From: Candidatus Bathyanammoxibius amoris
Lineage (GTDB): Bacteria; Planctomycetota; Brocadiia; Brocadiales; Bathyanammoxibiaceae
Reading direction: 5' to 3'
NCBI GenBank assembly: GCA_024451685.1
Contig: JAMXCW010000002.1
Coordinates: forward strand, 75,042-107,041
DNA length: 32,000 bases
Both the position numbers and the translations under genes were made by a program. The stretch's first letter is position 1. Each line of letters begins with the position of its first letter. Under the pieces are notes generated by a model. That model was not told the DNA's origin. It saw nothing but the letters and a program-made list of their open reading frames with translations, and made no database searches. This document shows positions 1 through 8,127 of this stretch, one piece after another.

Positions 1-391
1 TGGTTAATGCCAGGGTAGTGTTATAGTCGGCGGTGGGGGAGTGAAACAGGGGAATCTGGCCCATAAGATTCATCACCCAGATGTAGATGAATAACGTCCC
101 TATAAAGGCCACAAAAGGCCCGCCGGCCTTACCCATCTGGTCCCTGACAAAGTCGTCCAGGCCTTCCACTGTCAGCTCAAGCAGGGCTTGTTGCGACCCG
201 GGTATTTTCTTGAGATTACTTGTAACCCGGTAGCAGAAAACCACCAGAAAGGTGATTGCCACCCCGGACATTACCACAGGCATCCACTGGTGGAGAGTGA
301 GGCCCAGGAGTGTCTGGTCCATGTCCAGACCCAGAAGGTCCAGGAAGGTCGGTAATTCTACAACCCCCCCCCCTTCAGCCTTGTGTGCCAC
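1..391 (-). CDS. atpB: F0F1 ATP synthase subunit a, N-terminal part (gene continues past window start)
   Basis: My reverse translation gives (GTG)AHKAEGGGVVELPTFLDLLGLDMDQTLLGLTLHQWMPVVMSGVAITFLVVFCYRVTSNLKKIPGSQQALLELTVEGLDDFVRDQMGKAGGPFVAFIGTLFIYIWVMNLMGQIPLFHSPTADYNTTLALT. This contains the subunit-a hallmark SPTADxNTTLAL. The ORF is missing from the track because it runs off the window. GTG at 391 is preceded by GGAGGAGGAGGA 7 nt upstream. ATG at 322 is an alternative start. Confidence 0.8.
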   Translation of the reverse strand, partial: MAHKAEGGGVVELPTFLDLLGLDMDQTLLGLTLHQWMPVVMSGVAITFLVVFCYRVTSNLKKIPGSQQALLELTVEGLDDFVRDQMGKAGGPFVAFIGTLFIYIWVMNLMGQIPLFHSPTADYNTTLALT

Positions 392-824
392 GCCTGTATC
401 CTCCTCCTCCTAAATCTTTATGGTCTACTCTGACAGACCCTTTTAGATAGCTTACAAGAACCATTCCTGCCAGCTTCAAAACAATCACCATCGGCACCAG
501 GCCAATTCCCGCCAGAAAGGCCTCAGGAACGATCGGTAAGTAGTTGAAGATAAGATAAAAAACCCCTACCAGAGAAATGTATTTGAGGATGCTTACCCAT
601 AGGAAGAAACGTTTGGCCCCCTCTCTGTCTCTTGAAGACAGGCGAAGTATTGTCCACCAAAGAATGCCACCTAGAACAACACTCATACCCGACCCCAGGG
701 CCAGACTGAGTGTCAAGGGAAAGGACTGCAGGGAGGTAGAGCACAAGACCATTACCACCGCTAGCACCAAAGATGTGTTAAAGACTCTCCTGGGAAAACC
801 TTCGTCCAGATGGAATTCTTTCAT
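375..824 (-). CDS. atpI: ATP synthase protein I-like small membrane protein
   Basis: 149 aa with about four hydrophobic helices. It lies directly between the AtpZ-like ORF and atpB, and has an ATGA overlap with the upstream ORF at 821-824. The call rests on position and topology, not on a recognised motif. Confidence 0.55.
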   Translation of the reverse strand: MKEFHLDEGFPRRVFNTSLVLAVVMVLCSTSLQSFPLTLSLALGSGMSVVLGGILWWTILRLSSRDREGAKRFFLWVSILKYISLVGVFYLIFNYLPIVPEAFLAGIGLVPMVIVLKLAGMVLVSYLKGSVRVDHKDLGGGGYRRGTQG

Positions 825-1048
825 CTCTTCTTCTCAGACACCAATTTCTTTATTGTCCTGTAGAACTCTAAAAAACCGCCCACAATCCCCAGCAGGAGAA
901 ATACCATCAACAGATACGGAGAAGTGCCTAGATAAGAATCTAAAAAGCTTCCTACCAGGTAACCGCCTACAACTGAACCTACCATAAAGAAACCTAGACC
1001 GGCCGTCCTGCTAAAGAGGCGAACCGAGTCTTTGCCGTTTTCAGGCAT
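821..1048 (-). CDS. AtpZ/AtpR-like (ATPase_gene1 family) two-helix membrane protein
   Basis: 75 aa. GLGFFMVGSVVGGYLVGSFLDSYLGTSPYLLMVFLLLGIVGGFLEFYRTIKK matches the pattern of the small protein encoded upstream of atpI in many atp operons (xxGxxxGxxLDxxLGTSPxxxxxxxxLGxxxG). Confidence 0.7.
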   Translation of the reverse strand: MPENGKDSVRLFSRTAGLGFFMVGSVVGGYLVGSFLDSYLGTSPYLLMVFLLLGIVGGFLEFYRTIKKLVSEKKR

Positions 1049-1151
1049 AAGCGGAAAATCCTATCACAATGACTAGCGATTTAAAAGCGAAATTTCTTCT
1101 TCTCCTCATTAGTTCTCTTCGGCTTGATCCTCACATATGAGGCTCCCGGTC

Positions 1152-1784
1152 TCAGTCCTTCGTGGAGGAAAACGCGATGATAGCCCTTACTGTGTGTCGG
1201 TTAACCCTTGATAAACAATCAATAATGTTCAAGTATAATGGAGATGCCTTGGGTATGCACACCCCGGATATGATCCTGTCTTCGTGTTCTATAGCGTACT
1301 CATCGCCAAGCTCATTAAGGCGCAGCCCTTCTTCCATCACGCACTTTACAATGACGGGATTCCCGGTCAGAAGTGCATCCCCTGCATTGGTGAGGACCTT
1401 ACGGGTATTCTCAAAGAGATATTTTAGTTCCAGGACCGCCTTGTTGGTGAAGAGGATATCCTCCTTTATCTTATTTCTAACGAGAGGCAGCATGCCCTTC
1501 AAGCCCTCTCCGACCAGTTGGAGCTGACCTGCCGCTGCAACAAGTTCCTTTAGTTGCTCTTTTCCCTCTTTGGCTTCACCAGAAATTCCGACCAGAAAAT
1601 CTGTTAGTTCCTTTGCATCCTTGTTTATCTCATCTCCAAGCTCTTCAGCGCGCTTTAGCTTTACCTCGCTGTGATGTACGAACCCATCTATCGTGACGTT
1701 CAGCATCCTCTCTGCCTTAAAACATATCGCACTAAGCCTCTGAGAAGCTTTTTCCAGTTCGCCCTCGTTTACTTCAGATTCCAT
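1152..1784 (-). CDS. PhoU-domain protein (resembles the Na/Pi-cotransporter C-terminal domain)
   Basis: 210 aa, all-helical and charged. The C-terminal part EHEDRIISGVCIPKASPLYLNIIDCLSRVNRHTVRAI resembles the PhoU-repeat signature (H..R...g.c.......ldil..leRi.dH..ni). It starts 13 nt after the hemL stop. Confidence 0.5.
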   Translation of the reverse strand: MESEVNEGELEKASQRLSAICFKAERMLNVTIDGFVHHSEVKLKRAEELGDEINKDAKELTDFLVGISGEAKEGKEQLKELVAAAGQLQLVGEGLKGMLPLVRNKIKEDILFTNKAVLELKYLFENTRKVLTNAGDALLTGNPVIVKCVMEEGLRLNELGDEYAIEHEDRIISGVCIPKASPLYLNIIDCLSRVNRHTVRAIIAFSSTKD

Positions 1785-1797
1785 GTCACAAACCCCG

Positions 1798-3114
1798 TCA
1801 TAAACCCTTCATTGCCTGGCGGCCTGCCTCGATTGTGGCCTCTATGTCCGAATCGCTGTGGGCGGCAGATACAAAAGCGGCCTCAAACTGGGAAGGTGCC
1901 AGATATACGCCCCTTTCCAGCATCCCGTTAAAGTAGCTGGCGTAACGCTTTGTGTCGGAACTCGTTGCCGTCTTGTAATCATAAACGCCATCTGCAGTGT
2001 CCGTAAAAAAGACACACAGCATGGAACCCACCCTTGTATGATACGTCTTGACCCCTGCATCACGTGCTGATTTCTCAAGCCCGTCCGCCAGCTTTTGTGA
2101 TTTCTCTTCAAGCTGCTTATATATATACCCGCCTTTATCCTTTAGTCTTTTCAGGGTGGCTATACCGGCGCTCATGGCCACCGGATTTCCAGACAGGGTT
2201 CCGGCCTGGTAAACGGGGCCAAGCGGGGCTATCTGGTCCATTATGTCCGCCCTGCCGCCATAGGCACCCACCGGCAGGCCGCCACCTATTATCTTCCCTA
2301 ACGTAGTAAGGTCCGGTTTTACGCCAAAGAGCTCCTGCGCGCCGCCCGCCGATACGCGAAAACCCGTCATAACCTCATCAAATATCAAGACGATACCGTG
2401 CCGGTTTGTAATCTCGCGCAACTTCTCCAGATAACCGGGCCTGGGAGGTACAACGCCCATGTTTCCAGCCACCGGTTCCAGGATTATACATGCGACCTCT
2501 TTGCCGCGTTCCCTGCAGAATTCACCAACCGTCTCGCTGTCGTTAAAAGGGAGAATGGCCGTGCTATCAGTATAACCCTTGGGTATGCCAGGACTTGTAG
2601 GCACCCCTAACGTGGTCGCCCCGGACCCTGCTTTGATTAACAGGCCGTCGACATGACCGTGGTAACAGCCTTCAAATTTTATGACCAAATCGCGCCCGGT
2701 AAACCCCCTGGCAAGCCGGACGGCACTCATCGTGGCCTCTGTACCGGAGTTTACCATCCTTACTTTATCAATGGACGGCACTAATTCCTTTATGAGTTCT
2801 GCCAGCCGGGTCTCCAACTCCGTAGGTGCCCCAAAGCTTGAGCCTCTTTTCACGGCGTCATTAACCTCTTTTGTTACCTGCGGGTCGGCATGGCCAAGGA
2901 TTAGAGGTCCCCAGGAGCACACATAGTCTATGTATTCATTGCCGTCTATGTCTTTTATATGGGACCCTGAACCGGATTGTATGAAAACCGGGTGGCCCCC
3001 GACAGGCCCAAAGGCCCTTACGGGGCTGTTGACACCGCCGGGTATGTGCTTTGAAGCCTCACTGAAGGCCGCATCAGACCTGCTGGTGTTCAAGTTCTTG
3101 GTTACAGGCGGCAC
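1798..3114 (-). CDS. hemL: glutamate-1-semialdehyde 2,1-aminomutase
   Basis: 438 aa. Motifs [32 protein letters not shown] and [11 protein letters not shown] (PLP lysine). GTG start with GGAGA 8 nt upstream. Confidence 0.95.
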   Translation of the reverse strand: MPPVTKNLNTSRSDAAFSEASKHIPGGVNSPVRAFGPVGGHPVFIQSGSGSHIKDIDGNEYIDYVCSWGPLILGHADPQVTKEVNDAVKRGSSFGAPTELETRLAELIKELVPSIDKVRMVNSGTEATMSAVRLARGFTGRDLVIKFEGCYHGHVDGLLIKAGSGATTLGVPTSPGIPKGYTDSTAILPFNDSETVGEFCRERGKEVACIILEPVAGNMGVVPPRPGYLEKLREITNRHGIVLIFDEVMTGFRVSAGGAQELFGVKPDLTTLGKIIGGGLPVGAYGGRADIMDQIAPLGPVYQAGTLSGNPVAMSAGIATLKRLKDKGGYIYKQLEEKSQKLADGLEKSARDAGVKTYHTRVGSMLCVFFTDTADGVYDYKTATSSDTKRYASYFNGMLERGVYLAPSQFEAAFVSAAHSDSDIEATIEAGRQAMKGL

Positions 3115-3268
3115 GGTGGTTTCTCCATAAACAGGGCAGAAACCGCAATTTTACAGGGTGTAAGGATTTTGTCAAGAACTTTAGATTTACGGGAGAACCG
3201 CGCTCACACGACAATAAAACGAAGATTCTTCTGCGATTTAAGCGTTCAGGACGCCTTTAAGATTGCTA

Positions 3269-3298
3269 TTGACAATGCCGTTGAGGCTGTGGTATATG
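3269..3298 (+). promoter_or_regulatory. putative sigma70-type promoter for locus A (ACP operon)
   Basis: TTGACA at 3269-3274, then an 18-nt spacer to TATATG at 3293-3298 (or a 17-nt spacer to GTATAT). About 90 nt upstream of the ACP start. Sequence match only. Confidence 0.4.
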
Positions 3299-3389
3299 TT
3301 AGTTTCTTAAAGGGGCTGGGGCTTATTTTATCATTGTCTGTCGCTTTGTCCGATTTGGCATCTTACATAGCACTATAAGGAGGGGAGTT

Positions 3390-3662
3390 TTGAACGTAGA
3401 AGAGATTGAAAAGGAAGTGACGTCCATTGTTGCGGAAGTAACGGAGCTAGAGAGGGACGAGATTTGGAACAAGAGAGACGCCAATTTCTTTAAGGAACTA
3501 GAGATAGACTCCCTTTTAGCCCTGGAGATATTAGCGCTTATTGAAAAGAAGTTCAAGATTCAAATACCAGAAGAAAAGTTGGTAGATATAACATCTTTGA
3601 CCGCTACCATTAACATGACCAAAGATGTGCTGGCCGAGAGCGGAAGGCTGCAGGAAGCTTAG
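3390..3662 (+). CDS. acyl carrier protein, dedicated (amxACP-like)
   Basis: 90 aa. Phosphopantetheine attachment motif LEIDSLLALEI. TTG start with AAGGAGGGGA 4-13 nt upstream. An FF dipeptide (ANFFKELEIDSL) sits where E. coli AcpP has FV. Confidence 0.9.
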   Translation: MNVEEIEKEVTSIVAEVTELERDEIWNKRDANFFKELEIDSLLALEILALIEKKFKIQIPEEKLVDITSLTATINMTKDVLAESGRLQEA

Positions 3663-3697
3663 GCCCAAGAGGCTTGGCCAGAGGGGCCTACAAGACC

Positions 3698-4153
3698 ATG
3701 GATTTCGAGGAGGTAAAGAAGCTCGTCCCGCAAAGGTATCCCTTCCTATTCATAGATAAAGTTGTTGAATTAGAGGAGGGGAAGAGAATCGTCTGCCTCA
3801 AAAATGTTTCTGCGAACGAACCTTTCTTCGTCGGACACTTTCCGGAATACGCCATAATGCCCGGCGTCCTTACCTTGGAAGCCCTGGCCCAGGCATCCAT
3901 AATACTCTTCAAAAAAAGCTTCAAGCAGGACGACAGCCCGGACGCGGTCTTCCTGCTGGCCTCCGCAAAAGTAACCTTTGTAAAGCCTGTCTTCCCCGGG
4001 GATCAACTATACCTGGAGATAGACATAGAAAAGGTTATCTCTAATGCCGCCATTGTGAGTGGCATCGCAAGGGTCGGGGAAAACACAGTCGCCAAGACCA
4101 CTTTGACCTTCGCGACGGCCGATAAAACTTCACTTGGTAAAGGTCGGGAGTAG
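3698..4153 (+). CDS. fabZ: 3-hydroxyacyl-ACP dehydratase
   Basis: The hot-dog dehydratase signature [14 protein letters not shown]...[26 protein letters not shown] carries the catalytic His (GHFP) and Glu (LEALAQ). The track ORF begins at TTG 3674, but ATG 3698 gives the canonical N-terminus [16 protein letters not shown]. Confidence 0.9.
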   Translation: MDFEEVKKLVPQRYPFLFIDKVVELEEGKRIVCLKNVSANEPFFVGHFPEYAIMPGVLTLEALAQASIILFKKSFKQDDSPDAVFLLASAKVTFVKPVFPGDQLYLEIDIEKVISNAAIVSGIARVGENTVAKTTLTFATADKTSLGKGRE

Positions 4154-4154
4154 C

Positions 4155-5378
4155 ATGAACACGCGTATAGTTATCACCGGTATAGGTGCGATAACTCCTA
4201 TCGGTTCAACCAAGGATGGCGCGTTTTGGGATGCGGTAGTTTCGGGCAAATCCGGTGTTAGCGATGTTACGTGCTTTGACACGTCCCAGCATAAGGTCCA
4301 CAAGGGCTGTGAGGTGAAGGACTTTGACTATCACGACTATACGGATAACGGCTCGGTCGGGAAAACAGGGAGGGGGTCTCAGCTTGCAGTGGCAGCCACC
4401 AAGCTGGCGCTTGAGGATTCAGGACTGAAACTGGACGAGGTAGACCCCGAGAGGATAGGTGTCTCTGTCGGGACGACCGGCGGTGAGATACAAATACTCG
4501 AAAGAATAGACCACCTCAGACACGAAAAGGAAGAGAGCCAGATAGACAGGCAGCTCTTTCTGCTGCACCCGTGCAATAATATACCCGCCAACATAGCCCG
4601 GGCATTCGGGTTTAAAGGCCCCAACACCATAATACCTACCGCATGCGCGGCGGGCAATTATGCAATCGGTTATGCCTGTGACCTCATAAAGATGGGGAGG
4701 GTGGATTTTATGTTTGCTGGCGGTTCCGACCCGTTTTCAAAGGTCGCTTTTACGGGTTTCAGCCGCCTGGCCGCGGTGGCACCGGACGTATGTCGTCCCT
4801 TCGACAAGAACCGCAAAGGGATGTTGATTGGAGAGGGCGCGGGTATGCTGCTGCTGGAGTCGCTCGACGGTGCGCGGGCAAGGGGGGCCGACATTTATGC
4901 GGAGATTATAGGCTACGGTCTGAGTTGCGATGGCTACCACATCACCATTCCCCATCCTGAGGGCCTCGGCGTAATCTCTTGCGTTAAAAAGGCCCTTCAA
5001 GACGCACGGATTAACCCTGAGGACGTGCAGTACATAAGCGCCCACGGCACGGGTACTGTCGCAAACGATAAAGCTGAAACCATTTCCATAAAAAAGGTCT
5101 TCGGTGAACATGCCGGGAACCTCATGGTGAGTTCTATAAAATCCATGATGGGTCACACTATGGGCGCCGCAAGTGCAATAGAGACGATTGCTTGTGCGCT
5201 GATAGTCAAAGAGGATAAAGTCCCGCCAACCATAAACTACGAGACGAAGGACCCTGAATGCGACCTGGACTATGTACCCAACGTTTCAAGAGAGCGCCGC
5301 GTAGACATCGCCCTTAATACCGCGTACGCCTTTGGTGGTAATAACAGTTGCCTGGTGGTCAAGAAGTTTCTTAATTAA
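4155..5378 (+). CDS. beta-ketoacyl-ACP synthase, FabF-like, catalytic triad intact
   Basis: The Cys-His-His triad is present: [48 protein letters not shown] 4155 lies 1 nt after the fabZ stop. The track start at 4134 (TTG) overlaps fabZ. Confidence 0.9.
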   Translation: MNTRIVITGIGAITPIGSTKDGAFWDAVVSGKSGVSDVTCFDTSQHKVHKGCEVKDFDYHDYTDNGSVGKTGRGSQLAVAATKLALEDSGLKLDEVDPERIGVSVGTTGGEIQILERIDHLRHEKEESQIDRQLFLLHPCNNIPANIARAFGFKGPNTIIPTACAAGNYAIGYACDLIKMGRVDFMFAGGSDPFSKVAFTGFSRLAAVAPDVCRPFDKNRKGMLIGEGAGMLLLESLDGARARGADIYAEIIGYGLSCDGYHITIPHPEGLGVISCVKKALQDARINPEDVQYISAHGTGTVANDKAETISIKKVFGEHAGNLMVSSIKSMMGHTMGAASAIETIACALIVKEDKVPPTINYETKDPECDLDYVPNVSRERRVDIALNTAYAFGGNNSCLVVKKFLN

Positions 5379-5459
5379 ATCACCAACAGGAAGGTTGAGT
5401 TATAATAATTCTCATCCAACCGTTTTTTCGTCTTTGACCGCTTTGAGACAAACAGACAG

Positions 5460-6689
5460 ATGGAAGAAAGAGTAGTAGTTACAGGTATAAGCATTATAAG
5501 CCCGCTCGGCGTGGGCAAGGACAGCTTCTGGGAAAACCTGCAGAACGGTGTCTCCGGCATAAGACCCGTAACCCTTTTTGAAGTGGACGGGTGCAGTTCC
5601 AAGAATGCCGGCGAAATACCGGACTTCGACCCCAGCAAGTTCCTGGGCAAGAAGGGTATCCGGCACTTTGACAGGACGTCGCTGCTGGTAACCGCAGCCT
5701 CAAGTCTCTGCGTCGAGGATGCCGCCGTCAAAGGCGTATATGAAGAGGACGACATGGGCATCGTCCTCGGTTCGACCTTTGGAAGTATCGACAGCATAAG
5801 CAATTTTGACATGGACTCTCTTAACGAGGGGCCTAATTACGTCAACCCGATGGCCTTCCCCAACACGGTCTTAAACGCTCCCGCCAGCCGTGCCTCAATA
5901 TTCTGTCAGGCCAAGGGGCTTAATTCCACCATATCCACGGGTGAATCCAGCGGCGTGGACGCTATTATGTGCGCATCCGACTTCCTCAGGCTCGGCAGGG
6001 TAAAGGCCGTGCTGACTGGCGGTGCGCACGGACTTACGCGGGAAATATTCCACTCTTCCAGCAAGGCCGGTGTGCTGTCGGGGAGCAAGAATACCGGCGG
6101 CAATGAGATTTGTGCTCCTTTCGATAAGAGACGCAACGGCATAGTTTTGGGCGAGGGTGTGGCCATGCTGCTGCTTGAATGTCTGGAGAATGCGCAGGCA
6201 AGAAATGCGAAGATATACGCCGAGATTAAGGGCTATGGCACCAGCTTTAACCCCGGCTGGGACAATAGCGGAGACATGGGCGGCGGTATGAGGGCCAATT
6301 CCCTGGCGCTCGCCAGCGCCGGACTCAAGCCGGAAGATATTTGCCTGATATACGCCAACGCCAATTCAAGCGTAAACGGTGACCGGATGGAGACCGTCGT
6401 TATAAAGGAATCCTTCGGCGACCTCGCAAAGAATATACCCGTAAGCGCGATAAAGTCCATGACCGGAGATTGCCTGGATGCATCAGGGGCGATGCAATGC
6501 GTGGCGTCCGTCATGTCAATCAACACGGGAATTATCCCTCCTACAATCAATTACAAAGAGTCAGACCCCGGCTGCGACCTGGACTACGTGCCAAACAAAA
6601 AGAGGCAGGCACAGATAGACAACGTGCTCGTGGAATCGTTCTCCTATACGGGCAACTGCTCTGCCCTGGTAATGTCCAAATACTCCTAG
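5460..6689 (+). CDS. KS-like protein lacking the whole catalytic triad (chain-length-factor-like partner)
   Basis: Full-length thiolase/KS fold (VVVTGISIISPLG...). Hand alignment to the upstream KS and to E. coli FabF motifs gives Cys->Glu (STISTGESSGVDAI), His->Asn (IYANANSSVNGD) and His->Asp (SAIKSMTGDCLDASGA). Confidence 0.85.
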   Translation: MEERVVVTGISIISPLGVGKDSFWENLQNGVSGIRPVTLFEVDGCSSKNAGEIPDFDPSKFLGKKGIRHFDRTSLLVTAASSLCVEDAAVKGVYEEDDMGIVLGSTFGSIDSISNFDMDSLNEGPNYVNPMAFPNTVLNAPASRASIFCQAKGLNSTISTGESSGVDAIMCASDFLRLGRVKAVLTGGAHGLTREIFHSSSKAGVLSGSKNTGGNEICAPFDKRRNGIVLGEGVAMLLLECLENAQARNAKIYAEIKGYGTSFNPGWDNSGDMGGGMRANSLALASAGLKPEDICLIYANANSSVNGDRMETVVIKESFGDLAKNIPVSAIKSMTGDCLDASGAMQCVASVMSINTGIIPPTINYKESDPGCDLDYVPNKKRQAQIDNVLVESFSYTGNCSALVMSKYS

Positions 6690-6691
6690 AA

Positions 6692-8122
6692 ATGGCGGAC
6701 AACGGCCTTTCTATAAAAAAGAGTGAACTCCGGAGTAAATACGACGTTATCGTAATCGGTGCGGGTATCGGGGGGCTCGTCGCGGGCGCCTTCCTCGCCA
6801 AAAGCGGAAAGAACACACTGGTAGTAGAACAGCACAACATCCCCGGCGGCTACTGCACGTCGTTTAAACGGGGCGGGTTCATCTTTGATTCCGCCGTTCA
6901 CCACATCGGGGGTTGCAGTAAGTACAGTATAGTGGGCAGGTGCCTGAAGGAATTAGGGATAGATATGGAATTCTACAGGCTCGACCCCATGGACACCCTC
7001 ACCTTCCCCTCGTTCTCCATAGACATACCGGCGGACATCGAGACCTACAAGTCCTCCCTGCAACAGAGATACCCGGCCGAGAAGGAAAACGTGTCCAGGT
7101 TCTTCAGTGAATTCATAAAACTCTACCGGGCGATAATAAACGAATCTGAGAAGAGCCCGACACTCGAAAAGTACAGGGGGCGTACTTATCAGGCCATGCT
7201 GGACGACTTCTTCGATGACACGGAGCTGAAGACCGCGCTGGCGGGGCAGTGGGGGTATCTTGGCACGCCCGCGCGCGAGCTTTCAAGCGTCGGCATGTGC
7301 CAGATGCTGGTAAACTATCTCAGAGACGGCGCCTTCTATCCCAAGGGCGGCACTCAAAACTTTGCAGACGCCTTCGCACGATGCATAAGAGACTCAGGCG
7401 GAGACCTGCTCCTGTCTTCAAAGGTGGAAGAGATACTACTCAAGGGCAACCGTGTGGCCGGGGTAAAGCTGGACGGGGGTGACAGGGAGATTGGGGCGGA
7501 GCATATCGTCTCAAATATTGACGCGGGACAGACGTTTTTTGAACTGATAAAGGAAGAGGTTGACCCCGTCTATCTTGAAAGAATGAGAGGGATGAGAGAA
7601 AGCCCTTCATATTTCCTCCTGTATCTCGGCCTTGACCCTGAGGTTGACCTGAGTAGATTCAAAAGAGGCTTTTATCACAGCCCTGACGACCAGTGGAAGT
7701 ATATATCGGCCCCGACAAACGTGGACAAATCCCTGGCCACAAAACTCCGGCAGGAGATAACCGTAGTAGCCACGCTGGATGAAAAGTACGACCAGATTGA
7801 GGACTGGAAGGGCTTGAAAGATAGGTTGACCAGGTGTACAATAAGTTACCTTGAAGATCTTGTGCCAAACCTTAACAGGCACATCGAGGTAGTGGAGGCG
7901 GCCACACCAAAGACCCTCTGGCGGTACACGCTCAACTCAAAGGGGGCCGCGTACGGGTGGGCCGTCACGCTTGAGCAGTCCGGACCGGACAGGCTTGGCA
8001 ATAAAACACCGGTAGGGGGTTTATATCTGGCCGGACATTGGACAAACCCGGGACCAGGCGTCTGCGCCGTTGTGTCCTCGGGTTGGCGCGTGGCAAACAT
8101 GATATTGAGAAACGGGAGATAA
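6692..8122 (+). CDS. FAD-dependent desaturase/oxidoreductase, phytoene desaturase (CrtI)/amine-oxidase family
   Basis: N-terminal dinucleotide fold YDVIVIGAGIGGLVAGAFLAKSGKNTLVVEQHNIPGGY. CrtI-like C-terminus GGLYLAGHWTNPGPGVCAVVSSG. ATG 6692 lies 2 nt after the preceding stop. The track start at 6470 overlaps the KS-like gene and is rejected. Confidence 0.8.
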   Translation: MADNGLSIKKSELRSKYDVIVIGAGIGGLVAGAFLAKSGKNTLVVEQHNIPGGYCTSFKRGGFIFDSAVHHIGGCSKYSIVGRCLKELGIDMEFYRLDPMDTLTFPSFSIDIPADIETYKSSLQQRYPAEKENVSRFFSEFIKLYRAIINESEKSPTLEKYRGRTYQAMLDDFFDDTELKTALAGQWGYLGTPARELSSVGMCQMLVNYLRDGAFYPKGGTQNFADAFARCIRDSGGDLLLSSKVEEILLKGNRVAGVKLDGGDREIGAEHIVSNIDAGQTFFELIKEEVDPVYLERMRGMRESPSYFLLYLGLDPEVDLSRFKRGFYHSPDDQWKYISAPTNVDKSLATKLRQEITVVATLDEKYDQIEDWKGLKDRLTRCTISYLEDLVPNLNRHIEVVEAATPKTLWRYTLNSKGAAYGWAVTLEQSGPDRLGNKTPVGGLYLAGHWTNPGPGVCAVVSSGWRVANMILRNGR

Positions 8123-8127
8123 AGGTT

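Noticed and set aside
375-1048. The idea that the AtpZ/AtpI-like pair marks an N-type (Na+) ATPase operon (atpQ/atpR)
   Set aside because: N-ATPase operons place atpD-atpC immediately upstream of these small genes. Here the upstream genes are PhoU-like and hemL, which fits an ordinary F-type atpZ-atpI-atpB operon head.
3115-3389. Possible cobalamin or other riboswitch in the 275-nt hemL/ACP divergent region, given the B12-type enzymes downstream
   Set aside because: I could not see the conserved B12-box or any extended conserved helices by eye. Only a promoter-like match is supportable. A covariance-model scan would be needed.
5379-5459. Possible attenuator or terminator in the 81-nt gap between the KS and the dead KS of locus A (GGTTG...CAACC followed by GTTTTTT)
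   Set aside because: The stem is only 5 bp with a loop of about 17 nt, which is too weak to call. It is more likely just an AT-rich spacer containing the RBS region.
6470-6691. N-terminal extension of the desaturase ORF (track start 6470)
   Set aside because: The extension overlaps the 3' end of the KS-like gene in another frame and is Arg/Pro-rich junk. ATG 6692 sits immediately before the GxGxxG fold, 2 nt after the upstream stop.
8038-8127. N-terminal extension of radical SAM paralog 1 (track start 8038)
   Set aside because: It overlaps the desaturase C-terminus. ATG 8128 has an RBS and aligns with the N-terminus of paralog 2 (MKKIMLVNPHP against KRKLVLINPHP).
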